Assembly (NCBI GenBank): GCA_965235115.1
Contig: OZ249436.1
Location: 43,898,001-43,962,000 of the forward strand
Direction of reading: 5' to 3'
Length of the DNA stretch: 64,000 nucleotides
Origin: Laetmonice hystrix
Lineage: Eukaryota
Shown: positions 38,801 through 53,800 of the stretch, piece by piece
Position numbering within the stretch: the stretch's first letter is position 1
How the letters are laid out: each line of letters starts with the position of its first letter
The notes under the pieces: model-generated
What the model saw: the letters and a program-made list of their open reading frames with translations, nothing else
Databases searched by the model: none
What the model was told of the DNA's origin: nothing
Made by a program: the position numbers and the translations under genes

Positions 38801-41800
38801 CCACATCATCAGTTAAAATAAACATGCAGGGTTGTAATCTTACCTCGCTTCCGGTCTCCTTTGTCCTTCTGAAACGAAAACACAACCTTTATGTAGGAAG
38901 GTCTGAAGGTAATGATGTTACAAAACCTATTTTCATTTCTCTCATTTTTCAGATATATTCTTTCGATGCTCCTATCCAGTGAACGACATTTTTCTATAGA
39001 CATGACGGGAACAGAATGAGGACCAAACAATAATAGACAATATACATGTCACGTTTTAAAAATCCCCTCTCATGAAACAAAACTTGTCGAGTTTGACGTT
39101 AAATATGTCATAAACCCATTTGTCACAAGCTTCTTAACCTTTACAAGAGTAAACGTCTAAATGTTTTCAATATCTAGTGAAATTTTCAAGTTGATAATTA
39201 TCATGACACCAAAATGAAAATTTTGCCTGAATTGGAGACACCTTTTGCCTCATGTAAGGACTATTTGAGGTACTGACTTCGCCATATGTTAAGAATATCA
39301 AAGTATTTACTCCTGTAACTTTTCAGAATCTGGTGTCATCAGGTTTTTGAAATATATAACGTCAAAGTTCGACACCATACCTCCTTCGTTGGGATGCTCT
39401 TGGACAGAGTGAGGTGATATCCGCTCCCGTACTGGGTCTTTAACCACAGTGACGATCCGCTACACACGAGCTTACCCTACAGGAGACGATGACAAACACT
39501 GTTTGAAGCGGGATACACTGTTTGAAATGGGACACACTGTTTGAAACGGTTTTGATACACCTCATGGGGCCCGATATCGCTAGTATAACCATACCTGGTG
39601 AACAATGACGATTCTATCACCCAAGATGTCAGCCTCGTCAAGATGGTGCGTACACAGTACAATCGTCCGGTCTGCAAGGCAATATGTTCTCATTATTATA
39701 CAAAACGTAATCAATCAATCAATCAATCATTTTATATTGGACTAATAAAATGATTGATTGATTGATTATGTTTGGTATAAATGTGCATATGGCCTACGTT
39801 TCCCAATGCGACCAGCCTACCACAGCTGAACAAACATATCCAAGCCAACCATACTTTTTCTCAAACAGTGAGCTCAGTTAGCTAAACTAGCTTGATTACT
39901 GCATACCTGTCGATTTTTGCTTGATGCTGATTCAGTGTGACATAGAAATATGACCTACTTTCTCTGTGTTTGACGATGATTTCCCAGATCTTCCTACGCG
40001 CGGCAGGATCGACGCCGCTCGTCGGTTCATCCAGAATGATGACCTTTGACCCTCCGATGAACGCCATACCGACTGAAACCCGGCGTCTCTGACCCCCAGA
40101 GAGTTGGTTGACGGGGACGTGTTTAAACCGGGACAGGTCCGTCAGTTCCAACATCCTTGAAGGACATTAATATCGTATTTAAAATCAGCCCTCTGGCGTC
40201 CCACCCCTACTCTTCCCGCAGAATGATTTATTATTGACCCCCCCCCCCCATCTACACCCAAAGACTCAGCTGAGAGGAGGAAGAGGAGAGAGTCACAATA
40301 AGAGTTCTAGTAGGTTCCGACCCCTGCCGCTAGAGGGAGACTAGGCCCGGCCATGTCCGGAGTAAGCCCTGATAACTGACCTTTCCACTTCCTTCTTAGC
40401 GTCGGCTCGGTTGTCGATTCCCTTCATGCGCGAGTAGAAGTAGAAATGTTCCTGGATGTTCATACTGTGGAGATAGAATCCACGCATTTACTGGCAGTGG
40501 AAGTCAAAGTCAAGTTGGATTTCAAGGATTTGCCCACATTGGCCAATGCACCAGCAGATTAGGGCCGTAGCCTGCACAGAAATCCCAGGGGGGCAGTGTC
40601 CCCTGAACATTAACCAGATAGGCCTGCCGCGTAATATTAGCGCGTCATTGCGTCCGGCGAGCTGGGGTCTGGGTTACCAAAAAAATTAAAATGCCAGGCC
40701 CTTGTTTTTAGTGTTCTGAGAATGGCGAAAAACCATGCCTAACATTAGTGACCAGTGGGGGATCCAGGATTTTGATAAGGGAGCCCTCCTAAAGGTTTAG
40801 CCTCGCATGATTTGATTGGCCCAGAGTTATGTTGCTGCTGGACTGAGTAGGCCATTTTGGGCCCCATGTTACGATCACAGATGGGTTTTAAAATTTTTTT
40901 TTTTTTTTTTTTGAAACCTGGTTTCAGGGGAATAATGCATCTTCATAGAAAAGAGAAAAATATAAGGGTGCTGGGCCCCTAGCCCCCCCCCCCCGAGACA
41001 CACAATTGCTACAAAATAAAATGTCTTTGGGAGCAAACTTGACCTGTTATTTTGTAGTTATGTTTACTATGAGAAGAACCACTTACTAGTCGAAGAGAAC
41101 ATCATGCTGTGGGCAGTAACCGAGCGACTTGCGAACCTCATCTAAGCCTCCGTTAATGTCGTATCCTCCAATGTAAGCAGTGCCTCCCGAGGTCTGAGTC
41201 AGACCTGTCAACATGTGTCTGAACAAAAAAAAACGGTCCTCTTGTAAATCATGTAAGCAGTGCCTCCCGAGGTCTGAGTCAGGCCTGTCAACATGTGTCT
41301 GAACAAAAAAAAACGGTCCTCTTGTAAATCATGTAAGCAGTGCCTCCCGAGGTCTGAGTCAGACCTGTCAACATGTGTCTGAACAAAAAAAAAACGGTCC
41401 TCTTGTAAATCATGTAAGCAGTGCCTCCCGAGGTCTGAGTCAGACCTGTCAACATGTGTCTGAACAAAAAAACGGTCCTCTTGTAAATCATGTAAGCAGT
41501 GCCTCCCGAGGTCTGAGTCAGGCCTGTCAACATGTGTCTGAACAAAAAAAAACGGTCCTCTTGTAAATCATGTAAGCAGTGCCTCCCGAGGTCTGAGTCA
41601 GACCTGTCAACATGTGTCTGAACAAAAAAAACACGGTCCTCTTGTAAATCATGTAAGCAGTGCCTCCCGAGGTCTGAGTCAGACCTGTCAACATGTGTCT
41701 GAACAAAAAAAAAACGGTCCTCTTGTAAATCATGTAAGCAGTGCCTCCCGAGGTCTGAGTCAGACCTGTCAACATGTGTCTGAACAAAAAAACGGTCCTC

Positions 41801-44800
41801 TTGTAAATCATGTAAGCAGTGCCTCCCGAGGTCTGAGTCAGACCTGTCAACATGTGTCTGAACAAAAAAAACGGTCCTCTTGTAAATCATGTAAGCAGTG
41901 CCTCCCGAGGTCTGAGTCAGACCTGTCAACATGTGTCTGAACAAAAAAACCGGTCCTCTTGTAAATCATGTAAGCAGTGCCTCCCGAGGTCTGAGTCAGA
42001 CCTGTCAACATGTGTCTGAACAAAAAAACCGGTCCTCTTGTAAATCATGACAGATCGAGCAGTACACGCCCTTCTCTAACCAATGTGAGCTACTTTACGG
42101 GATTACGTAAGTCCTGCTTTATTGCATTGTCAATCTGTATTTGAAACTTGTAATTCATTATTGAGGAAATCTCGCACATGATTACAAATTCATAGTATGT
42201 CTCGTAACCACGGGATACTTCTCGTGTACCAGGGTCAAGTTTTTTTTTTTTTTTTTTTTTTTGGGGGGGGGGGGGGGAGGGGGTTGTTACTTGTTACGTA
42301 CATGCAGGTACTTTTGCCGGCGCCGTTGTGACCGAGAAAGGCTGTAATCTGGCCCTCGTAGAAGTTGACAGTCAGCGCGTCCACAGCCTTTTTCTTGCCC
42401 TCTTTGTACACTTTGGTCAGCTCATGCAGGGATATTCCCACGTCTAGGTTATTCGGCTCGTCCTCGCCAGGGGCTACAAAATGATGGAGGAAGAATTCAC
42501 CACATGGTCAGTGCGAGTGCTATATTTATAGGAGACGTCCTGCCATTTAACCGCGTCACACAGAAGCTGCTGGTGTCTGTCGCGCTCACACTCAATGTTC
42601 AGTGACACGTGCACAACACAGATCTATACTAGCAGGGGGCGATCAACAAGTTCATTTTAAAAGGGAGGGGTGGAGTCGAGGTAACGCTGCCAAAGAGAGT
42701 GCGCTGTGTGTATCAGAAAAAAATGGAAAATTTAGTCAGATTGAGAAATTGACTACGAGCCAATCAGAAGCCTCGAAATCCTATGTCCTTTTTTTTTTGC
42801 GGGGGGGGGGGGGGATTCGCCCCCGCCTCCAAGATCCACCGGTCTCGTCTTGACCTGTGTAAACAAACGTCTTGTGATTTCTGTGACGTCATTATGGCGA
42901 CGATATCCTACTATTATAGGAACTGTACTGTGCACAATGACGTCATTACAGTGCTTCCTTGCGTCATAATCATAAACGAGAATTCACCTGGTATAAATGC
43001 ACGGTGTCGTTACGGTTGGTATCAGCCATTTCCAAAACAATTCCGGCAGGAATGTACACACAAGAAGGAAGCCTGAGGTTTTACTTTCCCACCAGGGGTC
43101 GCTCCCTGGTTCATTCTTACCATTTATATCAATCATGTTTAATGTTGTATAATTGCACGCACTTCGAGAATCACAAACTGGTTCTGTCCGACCCGAACGA
43201 TATCATTTGAACGTATTTAACAAGGAACTGGTCTGGTACCCGGCGAATGACTCATAATAACGGAGACTTTTCAGTGACAACTTGGAACTCTTTTTGCCTC
43301 GCGAATTACGACGGCTCGCCGAAAGTCGACCGGTTTACAACCCGAACGTAACGTCAGCACTTCTTATCTTGTGCATTCTCACACTCTCGCCCCACGCGGA
43401 GGGGGGGGGGGATTCCCCAACAGGTAATGTAAACAGACATTCGTCTGTATCAGGCTATACTTGCTGCAACGGTTGAACAGGCAACACGCACAGGGCACAA
43501 CTTCAGCTAAAAAACGCAGGAAACGTGAACGAGATTAGTAGATCTCAGCGTAGAATTTTTATTGGCGATACATTTGAGCACTGGGCGCATTTACGGGAGT
43601 TGTTGGAGTTGCGACCCAATGACAATACCGGGCTTGCTGAGAACCTTCTAGACAGGTGATTTTTTGGACGTTTGGTCTACACATGGGTAATTCCCGATTT
43701 GAGCATCACCGTGATCAATTTAGTCGGTACCCAATACTAAGTATTAAGAAGAGTCACCATTGTCGGTTCCAGCTAAGAAAAGTATTGTCTGAGCACCTCA
43801 ACTGACAGGTGCGCGTCACGCGACACTAGAGAATTCCCCATCCGTTCCTAGTCCCAGTTCAAATGGCGTCTAAGTGCGCAAGAACGGATTGACGGTTCCC
43901 GACTGACGAGTATCGTTTTTTTTTTCGCAGCCAAAAGGCAGTTATTACCTAGGATATCGTTTTTGCTTGATGTTGAAAGCATTTGGGGTAAGTATAGATT
44001 GGCAACATTGGATGGTATTACACAACTTTAAGCTTCACATGTTTTCACCAGTTTCACACTCGCACAATAACACAGGAAAAGCGTAGGTGAAGATCTGGGC
44101 AAGCATTGCATGACCTGTACAGCATTCAGCATGCATTGGCAGGATTCCAATAGCAAGACTAGCATGCCATGACTGGAGAAGAGGATTCAGTTTCAATGCA
44201 CTCAGTGGGAGTCATGTCAAAGGAAAGACACGTCACGACATTTCTCTGTTCACCACCGTCAATACAAACGGAGACTTGCATCTATGCTACATGCATTTTA
44301 ATAGAAGGTCTAGTCACTGAGTGACAGACCTGACTTCCAAGCTTGGATGATGAGGTATCAGGGTTTGCTGGATGGTTATGGCTTCCGAGGCAACTAACTG
44401 ACGAATAGGCACGTGCATGAGTAGCTGTATTACTTCTGCTCGTGGAAAAGGTCCAGTTTGATTAATGTGCAGCGTAACGTGTCATAGGACCCTTTCAAAC
44501 CTGCCTTTGGCCTACCTGCCAAAGTGGAGTGCGCCATTTGGTGGGATGTTCTCCCCTTAAGCCAATCCAGCAAGGGTGGTACTCCTGTTGGTACACATAG
44601 TACGACTCGTCAACAAAGCCTGGATAGGTACAGCTCAAACCTCATTATCCTACTGCCCTGCATCTACTTGACTTCGAACAATTGTGGCAATCTGGCCGTA
44701 AATTATCTGTACTTTTTACGGTGACTCTAATAAACCGTGGTACATTGTAGCGTTGATACTGTTAAATATATCTGTACTTTTTTACAGTGACACTACCAGC

Positions 44801-47800
44801 TGTGGCACTTTGTAACCATGTAACTCTCAATTTTCTGTACGTTTTACAGTGACTCTAACAACTGTAGTACATTGTAGCAATGTTACTGTCAGGGTGGCCG
44901 CAGACAATTACAGCATAATCAGGGTTCGGAAAACAAACGGGAACTGGACCTAACCAGTTCATCTCCAAGTCTGTCGGCCACGCTTTTTGAAAATGAAGTT
45001 GGTCAGCTAAACGTTCCCATTGACATGATATCTATTGACTAGCAGGATGAGGTTGATTCTTCATAAGATTGTTATAATTAAATATCAATCCTATAATTGT
45101 ACATTATATGTATTTTCATCGGAAATCTAAGCAAAAGTAGAATTTTGAAACAATCCGGTTAGAGGAAAAAAAACAGCTTGTCAGACTTTATATGTATCAA
45201 TCTACAATTCTTGACGTCTTGATGTTTCACTTTAGTATACATTATCTTGAAGAGTTCCCTTATGGAGAGGACTCACCGTTGTTTATAGGTCTTGATTTTT
45301 TTTCTTGTGGGTGCTTGCTCTCTCTGACTGGCTCAGTGGTCTTTAAGCCCCAGTAGTAGGGAGAGAGTGGGAAATACCACGGCTGGGGTATACCATGTTG
45401 TCCTGCAGTCACACACAGTTTGTAATATAGCAGTATGTCGTCACATCGTTACATTCAAAATCAAATTGCGCGGGTAGGCATAATATCCTTCACAATAATA
45501 GCGACACTCTCAGCTGTGTGTTTCACTGTTTGGTAATGACAGAAAGGCTTGAAGTATACACATGACTTTGGAACCCTCATATATACTAGGTGAGAAGTGA
45601 GACTTTGTTTATCTTTGTTGACGACTGTGTCTGCGAGTGGTTGACAATGAACAATGTTCTCACCTGGGAACTTGTTACTGATGTACCAGGCGATGATACC
45701 ATAAATAACGCCGTCGATGACCGTCATGATACACGACCAGGCGAACGGGAACGTTTCCCCGATCGGACGGAACGCCGAGGACCACCGGATCCCTTGGCCG
45801 TTCTGTTCAAACGTGATCAGCTCGTTGGCGCCAAAACAGAAGGCAGATGTCACCGAGAGAGACTGCAAAGCGGGAAGTGAGATCACAGTTTGTTACTTGA
45901 GGGGCACACAGGGGGGCTTGAGATCACTAAGATTTGATATTGGGTTTGCGGACCCTGTCCTTTCTTTATGCTACACAAATTATTTAGCTGTAGCTGGAGC
46001 ATTAGGAGAGATGACTGAGGTGAAAAAACTGTACCTAGCAGGAATCCAAGCATTATTTCAGCACCGTTCATTGAATACTCTCCACACATAGACTAACGCT
46101 AGGGCTACCTCCGCTCAGTTGTAAGTTCTTACCATTAGGATTTTGTTTTTCTGGCTGAGTGAGTGTGGGGTTACTCCGCTCAGTTGTAAGTTCTTACCAT
46201 TAGGATTTTGTTTTTCTGGCTGAGTGAGTGTGGGGTTACTCCACTCAGTTGTAAGTTCTTACCATTAGGATTTTGTTTTTCTGGCTGAGTGAGAAGACGA
46301 TATCCATGGTATGTAAGATGATGAAGGGCATACACAGGATGATGTAGAGAAGGAGACCAAACAGGGCTGCCAGGTTCGTACGATGGATGATCGCGCTCAC
46401 AAAATAACTGCAAACAGTGGAAAGGTTAACTTAAAACGGAACTGTCGGATCAGATTAATTAAAAACACCCGTTCTCAGCGCCATCTAGGGGCACCTAAAC
46501 ATATCTTACGGCGCCCTGAGATCAATAGCAAACGGTTGGGGATAGTCTTTAATTTGTGATATTTTCCAAATCTTATAAATACTGATATATTATAATAATG
46601 TTGACATTAGCAGCCATGATTATACTCACCACAACATGACAATAGACCAGCTGTAGCCGACGAGCCAGCAGAAGATGAGGCTAGAGTCAGAGAATCGAAT
46701 CAAGTTGCCCAGACTGATGAGCATTGTAACAAAAGCCGACAGGAATATCATACCGAGAAAGGTGTTGACAAACCAGGCCAGTCTGTTCATACTGCCCTTC
46801 ATTCCCATCACCGTCATGGTCTGAAACACCAACACACTACTAAACATATCTGCTTTTTATATTACATGACAGGAAACAATTAACTGTGTGCAGTAGGCGA
46901 CATACAGATTAGCTACCTGTATAACCAATAAAATAACCAATATAAAGTACAATTTTGGTTTTCGAATGGTTGTTATGACAGTCATTAGCGGCGTCATTTT
47001 CTGGTTTTTTTCTCTCCAATTTTCTGCCCCCCCCCCGCCCCACCTGGCTGAAGATGGATAGAAAGATATATCTTTCTGTTCACAGCTCGAATGATTTGAG
47101 ATTCGGACTGGTTTCGGATTAGGTAAATAAACCAAACAAAGAACAAAGAATCAAGTAGTAGATTGTAAGAGTGTACTTACATCTTCGACACCACTCTCCT
47201 TCTCCGAGACAGCGTTGGTGATTCCGACGGCCATCATACAGAGCCATGAGAATAGAAGGATGATGACGATTACAAAACTCGACCACGTCATGAAGCTGAA
47301 ACAACACACAGAACTCCGTCAGCATTTACCGCAAACAAACAAAACCCCCGCGGAATTTACCGCAAACAAACAACAACCCCGCGGAATTTACCGCAAACAA
47401 ACAAAACCCCCACAGAATTTACCGCAAATAAACAAAAACCCCGCGGAATTTACCGCAGACAAAAGCCCCGCAGAATTTACCGCAAAAGAACAAAAAGACC
47501 GCAGAATTTACCGCAAACAACTCTTTCAGCATTTACCGTGAACAGAACTCCGTCAGCATATAAGGCAAACCAAAAAAAACTCAAACCGCAAACAGCATTT
47601 AGGCCACTGCAAACAACATTTCTTCAGCATTTACTATAGGCAGACCTCCGTCATAATTTACCACAAACAATACTTCGTCCGAATTTACGGCAAACAGAAT
47701 TCCCTCAGCATTTACCGCAAAGAGGACCCAGCCAAGTGATTATTTGCGGCAATGACGAACTCCTGGCTCACTTTCTAAATGTTGCCACATGTTAGTAACA

Positions 47801-50800
47801 TTATGCCGATACTCCGGTTCGACGAGTAGGTACAATAAACCCGACTCACTCGTCGATCTGGTAGCAGGGGTAGGGGAAGGCCTGGGTGTAGGTCGCTGGT
47901 ACCGTGTAGTTGCCGTCAGTGTGGATCTTGATGATAGCATGGTCAATAAGATCCTGGAGCGGCAGGAATGCTCTCATGTAACGGTAACTGTCCAGGTAGT
48001 CGTCGATAGGGCCTGGGGTACGCACTCTGTGGGAGGATGAAGAATGAGAGAACACATCATTCGCTGACGCGAGTGACGTCACGAGGTCATTCTCTGACGT
48101 GAGTGACGTCACGACATAATTCTCTGACGCGAGTGACGTCACGACATCGTTCTCTGACGCGAGTGACGTCACGACGTCATTCTCTCACGCGTGCCGCAGG
48201 GGAGCGTGTCCCTCTCTGCTATTAACCGTCTATTTTCCAAGATTTAAAGGTGCTATTCGTGAACAAAAATTCAATTTTTTTATTTTTAATTTTGTTGACG
48301 TTTATGTGATCCCACCTATCATGGAAATAGATTCACAACAAAGGAAATCAAATTTTTTCATGGATAACGGCACAAATGGGGCTCTCTCAGAAGGCCTGTG
48401 GAGACCCTGACACGCCCCACCATAGGAAATGGCTCTATCTCGGTGCGCACCGAGATAGGTTTCAAATGCTGCACACAAACTAATAGAAGGTTTATCAGGC
48501 CAATGGTATCGGTAGGAATTTTTTCTAGTACTATGTGCACAATGTATGATAGGAGAAATGCCATTCTGTGCGAGACGAATAGCACCTTTAAGCTGTTATG
48601 TCCTACCAGTATATCATGTCCTTTTATGTACAGTATTTTCCCATCTGATTTGAGACAAAGTACCCCCCCCCCCCTCGTCCTCCTGTAGTTTGAGAGTCAT
48701 ACCTGTCAAACAGATCCCCCGGAATGACGGTGTGGTCGACGCCCATACGGATATCGTACGTGATGTGTTCTGGTAACTTAATCTTAGATTTTGCCTGTCT
48801 CTTCGGCCGCCAGTTCTCGAAGTCTCTGAATATAATACCTGTAAAAAATAAACCCAGAATGAGGTGAGACAATCAACGTCTTGATTTGAAATATTGGAAT
48901 ACAAGTTGTTAATACAACCACCACTGGGTGTCGCTGCGATCAAATCGTGGTCACATAGGATCCAATGAAAGTGCGCTCTGTGTTGGCGCTCAATGAAGGT
49001 AAAAATAGGGATTGTTTCTCGTACCGGCCAGGAGGGAGTTGTCCGCCATGAGTGTAGTGGCATAATCTTCCAGCTCCCTGGCGTTGCTCATCGGTACGAG
49101 CGTGTAGTTGAGACAGGTAGAGATGTTATAAAGGAGCTCGGCCACGACGTCCAGTCTGTTCAAGTCTTCATCCTCGAAACCTTTGAGCTCAGGTAACTTG
49201 GTGATGATCTCCTGACCTGAGAAACCGGTCGTCTGCCTGATCGTACTGCTCACCACTGGAGTTGTGATCGTTTTCTAAACGTAAACATCAAACAGGAAAT
49301 GTTAAAATCTCAAACAAATCCTCCCCAAATAATACGTGTCGGTCTAATGGGACGAGGAGAAGGTTGGTCGATGATCGTGTACTAGCTCAGAAATCTTCAC
49401 CGGTTATCAAATTAGGAAAAATAAAGAACAAAATGTTGCACCAAGATAAACTGTCAAAAAGGCAGATCTGCAATACAACCAACATGATTTCAATAATTCA
49501 TCATTGAACCAATTAGTAATTTTGTAAAGAAGGGGACCATTACCACAATATCGAGTGTGTCAACGCCTGATATATTTAGCTGACTGCTGGTATTGGTGGA
49601 CACAGACTGAAGACCAGCTTTCAGTGAGTCCCAGTCCTTGGCTGTCTTCTGTACACCCTTCACGGCATCAAACAACCACCACGCCTGGAACATACAAATG
49701 GTTGTCATTTACTGCATGGCACTGCATGGTAAAGTGGTTTACACATGGCTGTCATTCACAGCATGGCACTGCATTGTAAAGTGGTTTACACATGGCTGTC
49801 ATTCACAGCATGGCACTGCATTAAAGTGGTTTACACATGGCTGTCATTCACAGCATGGCACTGCATTAAAGTGGTTTACACAATCATGACTGCCATTTAC
49901 TGCATGGCACTGCATTGTAAAGTGGTTTACACATGGCTGTCATTCACAGCATGGCACTGCATTAAAGTGGTTTACACATGGCTGTCATTCACAGCATGGC
50001 ACTGCATTGTAAAGTGGTTTACACATGGCTGTCATTCACTGCATGGCACTGCATTGTAAAGTGGTTTACACATGGTTTTTACCCTAAGATACAACATCTG
50101 TAAACTGCGTTACACATGGCTTTCACCCTAAGGCACAGCATCTGTAAACTGGTTTACACATTGCTGCCAGTCAAAGTACCACATCTGTAAACTGGTTTAC
50201 ACACTGCTGCCAGTCAAAGCACCACATATGATCTGTAAACTGGTTTACACACTGCTGCCAGTCAAAGCATCACATCTGTAAACTGGTTTACACATTGCTG
50301 CCAGTCAAAGCACCACATCTGTAAACTGGTTTACACATTGCTGCCAGTCAAAGCACCACATCTGTAAACTGGTTTACACATTGCTGCCAGTCAAAGCACC
50401 ACATCTGTAAACTGGTTTACACATTGCTGCCAGTCAAAGCACCACATCTGTAAACTGGTTTACACACTGCTGCCAGTCAAAGCACCACATCTGTAAACTG
50501 GTTTACACATGGCTTTCATCCAAAGGCACCCATCTGTAAACTGGTTTACACATGGCTTTCATCCAAAGGCACCCATCTGTAAACTGGTTGAGGGCTTACT
50601 TATTGCTGTCAGCGAAACGTAACTTCAATTATTCAAAATAAACTAGATCTGAATATCGTACAATTGTGGCTGCTATAGCAGGGAGTCCTTAAAACAAGTC
50701 TAAACTACTGATGGTAAGGGTTAGTTGAATGAATTGAATGAATGACAGTTCCTTTCATGTAATCCCCATTTAAAATCCACTTCCATTTTAACAAACGACA

Positions 50801-53800
50801 GTTTCCATTCCTAATGATCAGCCTCGAGAGACTGAGCTATGCCCGATCATGGTTAGCCCCCTGTTTGTCCACTGTACGCACCTCCTGCATGATGGCCCTT
50901 GTGGCGGCGTTGTCGGGGGCATAGAGCACTGTGCCCCGTGTGAGCGGTTTCAGGATGGTCCACACAAAGTTACCCACACCGGGAATTCTGTGCAGTGAAC
51001 GGTAGATGTTCACACAAAAGGTCGCTGCAACAAAACGAAACCGCCAACATATTACAAAAGATACTATAGTGAAGGGCGGAAATTTCATGTTTGTAATTCT
51101 AGCAATATCTTTATATCAGGGAAAGAGGCGGAACATTTCTTTTCATGTTTTCAATCCTTTCTGTCTCCTTCTATCTGACACCCTGGAACCAAGGACAGAA
51201 GAGACGTGGGGATGGTGGAAAGCAGGGAGACGAAAAGGAGAAGAAAAAAAAGAGGGGAAACACTTGCACCATAATTTGAAAGAGAATAACTGTTGCGGGA
51301 CTTACAGTTAAACTCGTTCATTTCCCTCAGCTGTCGTTCTGTCCAATCGGGTTCCGGGAACGTGCTCTCCTGCTCATCCTCAGAAATGAGAACCGACACA
51401 CCGTAATTCCCGAGATCGAAGGCCTCCTCGGTCCCACAGAGGGCCTTACCGTACGTCCGAGCCATATCCAGCACTGTAACAAATACCGAGCCAGCATCAG
51501 GATTAGGACAAGCACTGTAACAAATACCTAGCCAGTATCAGGATTAGGACAACAAGCACTGTAACAAATACCGAGCCAGCATCAGGACTAGGAGCCAGCA
51601 TCAGGCTTAGGACAACAAGCACTGTAACAAATACCTAGCCAGTATCAGGATTAGGACAACAAGCACTGTAACAAATACCGAGCCAGCATCAGGACTAGGA
51701 GCCAGCATCAGGCTTAGGACAACAAGCACTGTAACAAATACCGAGCCAGCATCAGGATGACAACAAGCACTGTAACAAATACCGAGCCAGCATCAGGATT
51801 AGGACAACAAACACTGTAACAAATACCGCGCCAGCATCAGGATTAGGACAACAAGCACTGTAACAAATACCGAGCCAGCATCAGGATTAGGACAACAAAC
51901 ACTGTAACAAATACCGCGCCAGCATCAGGATTAGGACAACAAGCACTGTAACAAATACCGAGCCAGCATCAGGATTAGGACAACAAACACTGTAACAAAT
52001 ACCGAGCCAGCATCAGGATTAGGACAACAAGCACTGTAACAAATACCGAGCCAGCATCAGGATTAGGACAACAAGCACTGTAACAAATACCGAGCCAGCA
52101 TCAGGATTAGGACAACAAACACTGTAACAAATACCGAGCCAGCATCAGGATTAGGACAAGGAAATCAGCGAAAGCACAAGGAATTATTTCTTCTAAATTA
52201 ATCAAATTCAATTTCTGAGAAATGGGAAGACGTAGAAGACATAGAAACGTAAATACATGTAGACAGGCTTCAATTTATTTTATTTTCCTCCCCACCGAAA
52301 AAAATGGGAAGAGGGGGGGGGCGCTTCAATTCAGTACCATGTCAAAATGTCTGCTAATTCTTCTGTTAACCTCAAGGGATGACGTAAATGTTCTGAAACG
52401 CGTTTAATATTTCAAGATGTAGGCTTACCTCCGCCGAGCCCCCCTTTGGAGGTTTTGTTAGTTTTTTCGGGTGTAGCCTGCTCTGACAAGTCTTTAACGG
52501 ACCCCAACAAGTTACCAAACGACTTCTGAAGTGGCGCTAGATTCTCGACAAACTGCATCGTTTCCAGCTTTGTCAGGTTGTTGGATTGTAGGAGGTAGGT
52601 CGGACTCAGGTCTAGCACCTACAACAGTTGTCAGTCTTCTTGTCAACACATAATGTTTTATATAATTAGCACAGATTCTATATAGGTCTAGCACCTACAA
52701 CAGTTGTCAGTCTTCTTGTCAACACATAATGTTTTATATAATTAGCACAGATTCTATATAGGTCTAGCACCTACAACAGTTGTCTTCTTGTCAACACATA
52801 CTTTTATTTATATAATTAGCATAGATTCTATATTAGGTACATGTATGTTACTAACTAGTTTTATATCGATGGTATAATATTTATTTATATTTTAGATTGG
52901 AATTGAGAGTTTACACTACCGCAATAGGCAGGTTCATATCGAGGCTGGTGGACCCAAAAGGTGACCATTGAGCCACCATTGAGCCCCCACTGCTATCACA
53001 ACAAGAAACCATAAGACAATGGTAGAGGGAGGCTCACCCCTTGAAGGAAGCTGCCAATGTTCATCTCTGGAATGAGTCTATCAGTGACTTTCATGATATC
53101 ATCTTGACTGAGAGCACACAGACTGTCTGTCAGTCGGTTCAGTTCACCCAGCGTAAAGTTCGAGGTATCGAGGAGGTCGGAGATCGTAGACTTGCCGCAA
53201 ATCCTTCCCGTGAACTCCACCTGAGAGATGTTGTATTTCTGAGGAAGATGAAGGAGAAGATATGGAAACATTAGGCAAGAGGCGGAGACAGGGGGTAGGC
53301 CTACACATCTACCTTACGTCTGGATATTGACTTAAAATAAAACTGGACACATTCCTGGCTCGGCTCCTCCAGGCCACTAAACTATGTATAACTGGGCACC
53401 AAAGTCCTAGAGGTCCTTGAACTGACCTTCAAACATTCAGGGGTTGGTTCATTCAGAATTTTCAATGAACATTTTTTTTTTTTTTTTTTAATTTCCTTTA
53501 TTTATCCTGGCTCGACGTCAGCGTTACCGCTGGTTTACATCGTCTGCCAGCTTACATAATGGTCGATCATCTTGAGATATTATAAATCAACTAAGGTTGA
53601 AAAAGTAACGAAGAAAGATAAATATTAATATGAGCCACTCAGTGGCGGATACATACCAGAGTTGTCTTAAACTCTGATCTGACTACTGCGTCAGCCACTA
53701 CAGGTGTAAGGTCCAGAGTGTCTTTTAGAAACATCTGAAGTTCCGCAGGCTCCTTCAGGAAGTTTTGCAGTGTCCCTGGAGGATGTAGAAATCAAAGGTA

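Noticed and set aside
41288..41944. 218-aa ORF with ABC-like peptide repeats; possible mutually exclusive exon cluster
   Set aside because: Copies hold only the acceptor and exon start with no donor of their own; frames shift with T-run length.
42600..44950. Possible decayed gene or transposase in a 2.8-kb intron
   Set aside because: No long ORF or motif I can recognise; needs a translated search.
53526..53590. Possible extra small ABCA exon
   Set aside because: Weak acceptor, and flanking exons already join in frame.
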